Sequence record: NGBS01000298.1
Strand: one strand, 5' to 3'
Length of the DNA stretch: 32,000 nucleotides
In this document: piece by piece, positions 26,727-32,000 of the stretch
Layout of the letters: every line of letters begins with the position of its first letter
Numbering within the stretch: the first letter of the stretch is position 1
Program-made: the position numbers and the translations under genes
Notes under the pieces: model-generated
Told to the model about the DNA's origin: nothing
Database searches by the model: none
Seen by the model: only the letters and a program-made list of their open reading frames with translations

Positions 26727-26800
26727 ACCAGAATGATGTAATTGGTAAACATACTGTATTTAGGTTGCAGTTTCTGGGGGTTCAAGTCCTCTTTCTGGTA
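26727..26800 (+). tRNA. trnL(uag): tRNA-Leu (anticodon UAG) with a short 5-nt variable region (class I shape)
   Basis: 74-nt cloverleaf. Acceptor accagaa/ttctggt, D arm atgt-aattggtaa-acat, anticodon stem ctgta/tgcag, loop tttaggt, variable tttct, T arm ggggg-ttcaagt-cctct, discriminator A. Confidence 0.75.
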
Positions 26801-26811
26801 GTTTTTATGTT

Positions 26812-26946
26812 ATGAAATTTAAAAAATTAAAAAATTATAATACTTTTTTAATTCAAAAAGATTATTCTATTTCTATTATACCTCGTGTTTTTTATTTTAA
26901 TAATTTTATAATTGTTAAAGATATTATTTTAAAGAAAATAAAATAA
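26812..26946 (+). CDS. Hypothetical 44-aa basic peptide (MKFKKLKNYNTFLIQKDYSISIIPRVFYFNNFIIVKDIILKKIK)
   Basis: Not in the supplied ORF track. I translated it by hand. ATG at 26812, TAA at 26944. It fills almost all of the only long spacer (26801..26953) in the tRNA cluster. Confidence 0.25.
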   Translation: MKFKKLKNYNTFLIQKDYSISIIPRVFYFNNFIIVKDIILKKIK

Positions 26947-26953
26947 TAATTAA

Positions 26954-27027
26954 GGTGAATATAACTCAGTTGGTAGAGTGACAATTTGTGGTATTGTAGG
27001 TCGCAGGTTCAAATCCTGTTATTTACC
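26954..27027 (+). tRNA. trnH(gug): tRNA-His (anticodon GUG) with a genome-encoded G-1
   Basis: G-1 at 26954 pairs with C73 at 27027. Acceptor gtgaata/tatttac, anticodon stem acaat/attgt, loop ttgtggt, T arm gcagg-ttcaaat-cctgt. Confidence 0.85.
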
Positions 27028-27032
27028 CTTTT

Positions 27033-27103
27033 GGTTAGATAACATAATGGTTATGTAGCGGATTGCAAATCCGTGTATGATGGTTCGATTCCGTCTCTAA
27101 CCT
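27033..27103 (+). tRNA. trnC(gca): tRNA-Cys (anticodon GCA)
   Basis: 71-nt cloverleaf. Acceptor ggttaga/tctaacc, anticodon stem gcgga/tccgt, loop ttgcaaa, T arm gatgg-ttcgatt-ccgtc. Confidence 0.85.
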
Positions 27104-27110
27104 TTAATTC

Positions 27111-27182
27111 GGGGATATAGCTCAATGGTAGAGTGTGTAGTTTGCAACTATAATGTTATCGGTTCGAGTCCGTTTATCTCCA
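27111..27182 (+). tRNA. trnA(ugc): tRNA-Ala (anticodon UGC) with G3:U70
   Basis: 72-nt cloverleaf. Acceptor ggggata/tatctcc including the G3.U70 Ala identity pair, anticodon stem tgtag/ctata, loop tttgcaa. Confidence 0.85.
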
Positions 27183-27193
27183 TTTTTTTTTAA

Positions 27194-27267
27194 GTATTCT
27201 TAGCTCAATTGGATAGAGCAATTGTTTTCTAAACTATAGATTAGCGGTTCGAGTCCGTTAGAGTACG
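27194..27267 (+). tRNA. trnR(ucu): tRNA-Arg (anticodon UCU)
   Basis: 74-nt cloverleaf. Acceptor gtattct/agagtac, loop tttctaa, T arm agcgg-ttcgagt-ccgtt. One mismatch in the anticodon stem. Confidence 0.78.
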
Positions 27268-27342
27268 ATTTTTTTGATTATTTTAAAAAAAAATATTAAA
27301 ATTTAACAAAAAAAATTATTATATGTAAGGAGTTTGTTTTTT

Positions 27343-28880
27343 TATTTGAGAGTTTGATCCTGGCTCTGAATGAACGCTAGTAGAATGCTTAACACATGCA
27401 AGTTTTACGCCATGTTATTAATAAATTATGGTGTAGCAAACGGGTGAGTAATGAATAATAATTGACCATTAAGTATGGTTTAATGTTTATAGTAGTTTTT
27501 TTAGTGTATTCTACTATTATTTATAAATACCATATAACTATATATCTATTTTAGATATATTAGTACAAAGATAATATCGCTTAATGACAATTATGTTTTA
27601 AGATTAGGTTGTTGGTGAGGTCAGAGCTTACCAAGCCGATGATCTTTAGTTGGATTGAGAGATCGACCAGCCACATTGGGACTGAGACAAGGCCCAAGCT
27701 TTTTTAAAGCCAGCAGTGAGGAATATTGGACAATGAACGAAAGTTTGATCCAGCAATTCTACATGAGTGATGAAGGCTAAATTTAGTCGTAAAACTCTAT
27801 AGTATAGGAGGATGATGACGTTACTATACTAAAAGTCCCAGCAAATTTCGTGCCAGCAGCTGCGGTTATACGAGAGGGGCAAGCGTTATTCGTCTTTACT
27901 GGGCGTAAAAAGTTTTTCAGGTGATTTTTTAAGTTGAATATTTAAATCTAAAGCTCAACTTTAGTCAATTATCAATACTAAAAAATTTGAGTATAACAGA
28001 AGATAACAGAATTTCTAGTTCAGGTTTAAAATCCGATTCAGATTAGAAAGAATAACTATAGGCGAAGGCAGTTATCTAGGTTAATACTGACACTCAAAAA
28101 CGAAGGCATGGGTAGCGAAAAGGATTTGGTACCCTTATAGTCCATGCAGTAAACTATGAATGTTAAATATTGGATTTATTTCAATATTAAAGCTTACGCG
28201 TTAAACATTCTGCCTGGTTAGTACGACCGCAAGGTTGAAAATCAAAGGAATTGGCGGGGACTAGTTTTAGCGGTGGAGCATGTGGTTTAATCTGATAGTC
28301 CGCGTAAAACCTTACCAGTTTTGACAAGAATTAGGTGTTGCATGGTCGTCGTCAGCCCGTGTCGTGAGATTTTTAGTTAACTCTTTTAACGGGCGAAACC
28401 CTTTTAGCTTATTATTTTATATATTTATTAAATTTATTGTTTAATAGGTATTATTTTTTAATTATTGTAAGCTAGACTACTTATATAAATAAGGGGAAGT
28501 AAAGGATGACGTCAGATCGTTATGACCCGTATAAACTGGGCTACACATGTGCTACAATGATAATTACAATGGGATGCAATGATGTAAATCGGAGCAAATC
28601 CTTAAAAATTATTTTAGTACGGATTATAGATTGCAATTTATCTATATGAAGGTGGAATCGCTAGTAATCGCGAATCAGCACGTCGCGGTGAATTTTTATC
28701 TAGTCTTGTACACACTGCCCGTCATATTCGGGAGAATGTAAGGTTTGAAGTATATTAAGTTATTATTTTGTTTATTTTATAAATAAATGTTATAATGGTT
28801 TAATATACAATTTCCGAATGTTCAACACGAATAAAGTCGTAACAAGGTAGCCGTACGGGAACGTGCGGCTGGAATTTATT
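27343..28880 (+). rRNA. rns: Small-subunit (16S-like) rRNA; ends approximate
   Basis: 5' agagtttgatcctggctc, 530 loop gtgccagcagctgcggttatac, decoding site gtacacactgcccgtca, 3' aagtcgtaacaaggtagccgta..gcggctggaa. AT-rich expansions sit in variable regions and the helix 33-34 region is shortened. There is no CCUCC anti-SD tail. Confidence 0.92.
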
Positions 28881-28912
28881 TATAAAATTTTATATACATA
28901 TATTAATTTTTG

Positions 28913-28986
28913 GAGTAATTAGCTCAGTTGGTTAGAGTGCCTCTCTTACAAAGAGGATGTCAGCGGTTCAATTCCGTTATTACTCA
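28913..28986 (+). tRNA. trnV(uac): tRNA-Val (anticodon UAC), in the rns-rnl spacer
   Basis: 74-nt cloverleaf. Acceptor gagtaat/attactc, anticodon stem cctct/agagg, loop cttacaa, T arm agcgg-ttcaatt-ccgtt. Confidence 0.88.
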
Positions 28987-28991
28987 TTATT

Positions 28992-29062
28992 AGCAGAGAA
29001 AAGCGCGGTGGCTACCTAGACTCATGTTCTAGGGTTTTTAGGTTCAACTCCTAACTTTGCTA
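28992..29062 (+). tRNA. tRNA with CAU anticodon (third copy; small D loop, G at position 37)
   Basis: 71-nt cloverleaf. Acceptor agcagag/ctttgct, anticodon stem ctaga/tctag, loop ctcatgt, T arm ttagg-ttcaact-cctaa. The D arm has 3 bp and a 6-nt loop. Confidence 0.7.
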
Positions 29063-29084
29063 AAAGTATTTAAAAAATAAACTA

Positions 29085-31750
<2,666 letters not shown>

Positions 31751-31762
31751 TTTTTATTACTA

Positions 31763-31845
31763 TAGAGATGTCGCCTAGTGGTTTGGGCAGGGCACTGTAA
31801 ATGCTCCAGAGTTATCTATCGTAGGTTCAAATCCTATCACTCTAG
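31763..31845 (+). tRNA. trnY(gua): tRNA-Tyr (anticodon GUA), class II (bacterial type), with an irregular acceptor stem
   Basis: Anticodon stem gggca/tgctc, loop ctgtaaa, 14-nt variable arm, T arm gtagg-ttcaaat-cctat. The acceptor tagag(a)tg/cactcta forms 7 bp only if A31768 is bulged. Confidence 0.72.
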
Positions 31846-31853
31846 TAGTTTTG

Positions 31854-31927
31854 GGATGTGTAGCTCAATTGGTTAGAGCATTCGACTTTTAATCGGGCGG
31901 TTTAGGGTTCGAGTCCCTACACGTTCA
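31854..31927 (+). tRNA. trnK(uuu): tRNA-Lys (anticodon UUU)
   Basis: 74-nt cloverleaf. Acceptor ggatgtg/cacgttc, anticodon stem ttcga/tcggg, loop cttttaa, T arm taggg-ttcgagt-cccta. Confidence 0.85.
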
Positions 31928-31940
31928 TTATAATTTTCGC

Positions 31941-32000
31941 ATGTATGAATGGCTTCCTTTTATATTAGTGTGGGTATTGCTATATTTCATTAGGACTTTT
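31941..32000 (+). CDS. Start of an unidentified hydrophobic ORF (MYEWLPFILVWVLLYFIRTF...), truncated by the window end
   Basis: ATG at 31941, 13 nt after tRNA-Lys. The frame is open to the window edge and the composition resembles the nad genes. It is too short to identify. Confidence 0.3.
   Translation, partial: MYEWLPFILVWVLLYFIRTF

Noticed and set aside
26597-26785. 62-codon minus-strand ORF
   Set aside because: It overlaps tRNA-Ser(GCU), tRNA-Gly and tRNA-Leu(UAG) in antisense. It also starts with TTG (caa on the plus strand at 26783-26785) rather than ATG. It is an artefact of the tRNA GC content.

Overview
The window reads as a very AT-rich, tightly packed mitochondrial (or mitochondrion-related organelle) genome segment from a protist. 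It is not a bacterial accessory region, and I see no defence system, CRISPR array, transposase or phage gene.

Content:
- Seven complex I genes: nad1, nad3, nad4, nad5, nad6, nad7 and nad11 (two copies).
- About 17 ribosomal protein genes. These include remnants of the bacterial S10/spc/alpha/str operons: rpl2-rps19-rps3-rpl16, rpl14-rpl5, rps14-rps8-rpl6, rps13-rps11, and rps7/rps12.
- SSU and LSU rRNA genes.
- 20 tRNA genes that I folded by hand.
- Three unassigned ORFs (149, 75 and 44 codons) plus one further ORF (31941..32000) that runs off the right window edge.

Organisation:
- Every gene left of about 10850 is on the minus strand. Every gene right of about 11029 is on the plus strand. 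Transcription therefore diverges from one central spacer.
- An inverted repeat duplicates nad11 and the start of nad1 (1..2168 pairs with 19660..21827). It runs off the left edge of the window.
- Together these suggest a central unique region (2169..19659) flanked by large inverted arms.

Genetic code:
- The code looks standard. Every Trp codon I read is TGG (nad3, the rps14 terminus), the full-length ORFs contain no in-frame TGA, and the tRNA-Trp anticodon is CCA.
- Every stop I read on an accepted gene is TAA.

No cob, cox or atp gene is present anywhere in the 32 kb. From memory, this repertoire and architecture match what has been described for the anaerobic stramenopiles Blastocystis (complex I plus translation genes only) and Proteromonas lacertae (linear mtDNA with a central unique region and two large inverted repeats). 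A database search would be needed to confirm identity.

Most notable observations:
- The repeat junctions lie inside the last codons of nad4 and nad5.
- A GC hairpin and nested palindromes sit at the geometric midpoint and strand-switch point.
- rps3 is a 1636-codon ORF with a low-complexity insert of about 1500 codons that stays open.
- The LSU sarcin-ricin tetraloop reads GUAA instead of GAGA.
- tRNA-Leu(UAG) has a short variable arm.

rRNA ends are approximate because they were aligned by eye.
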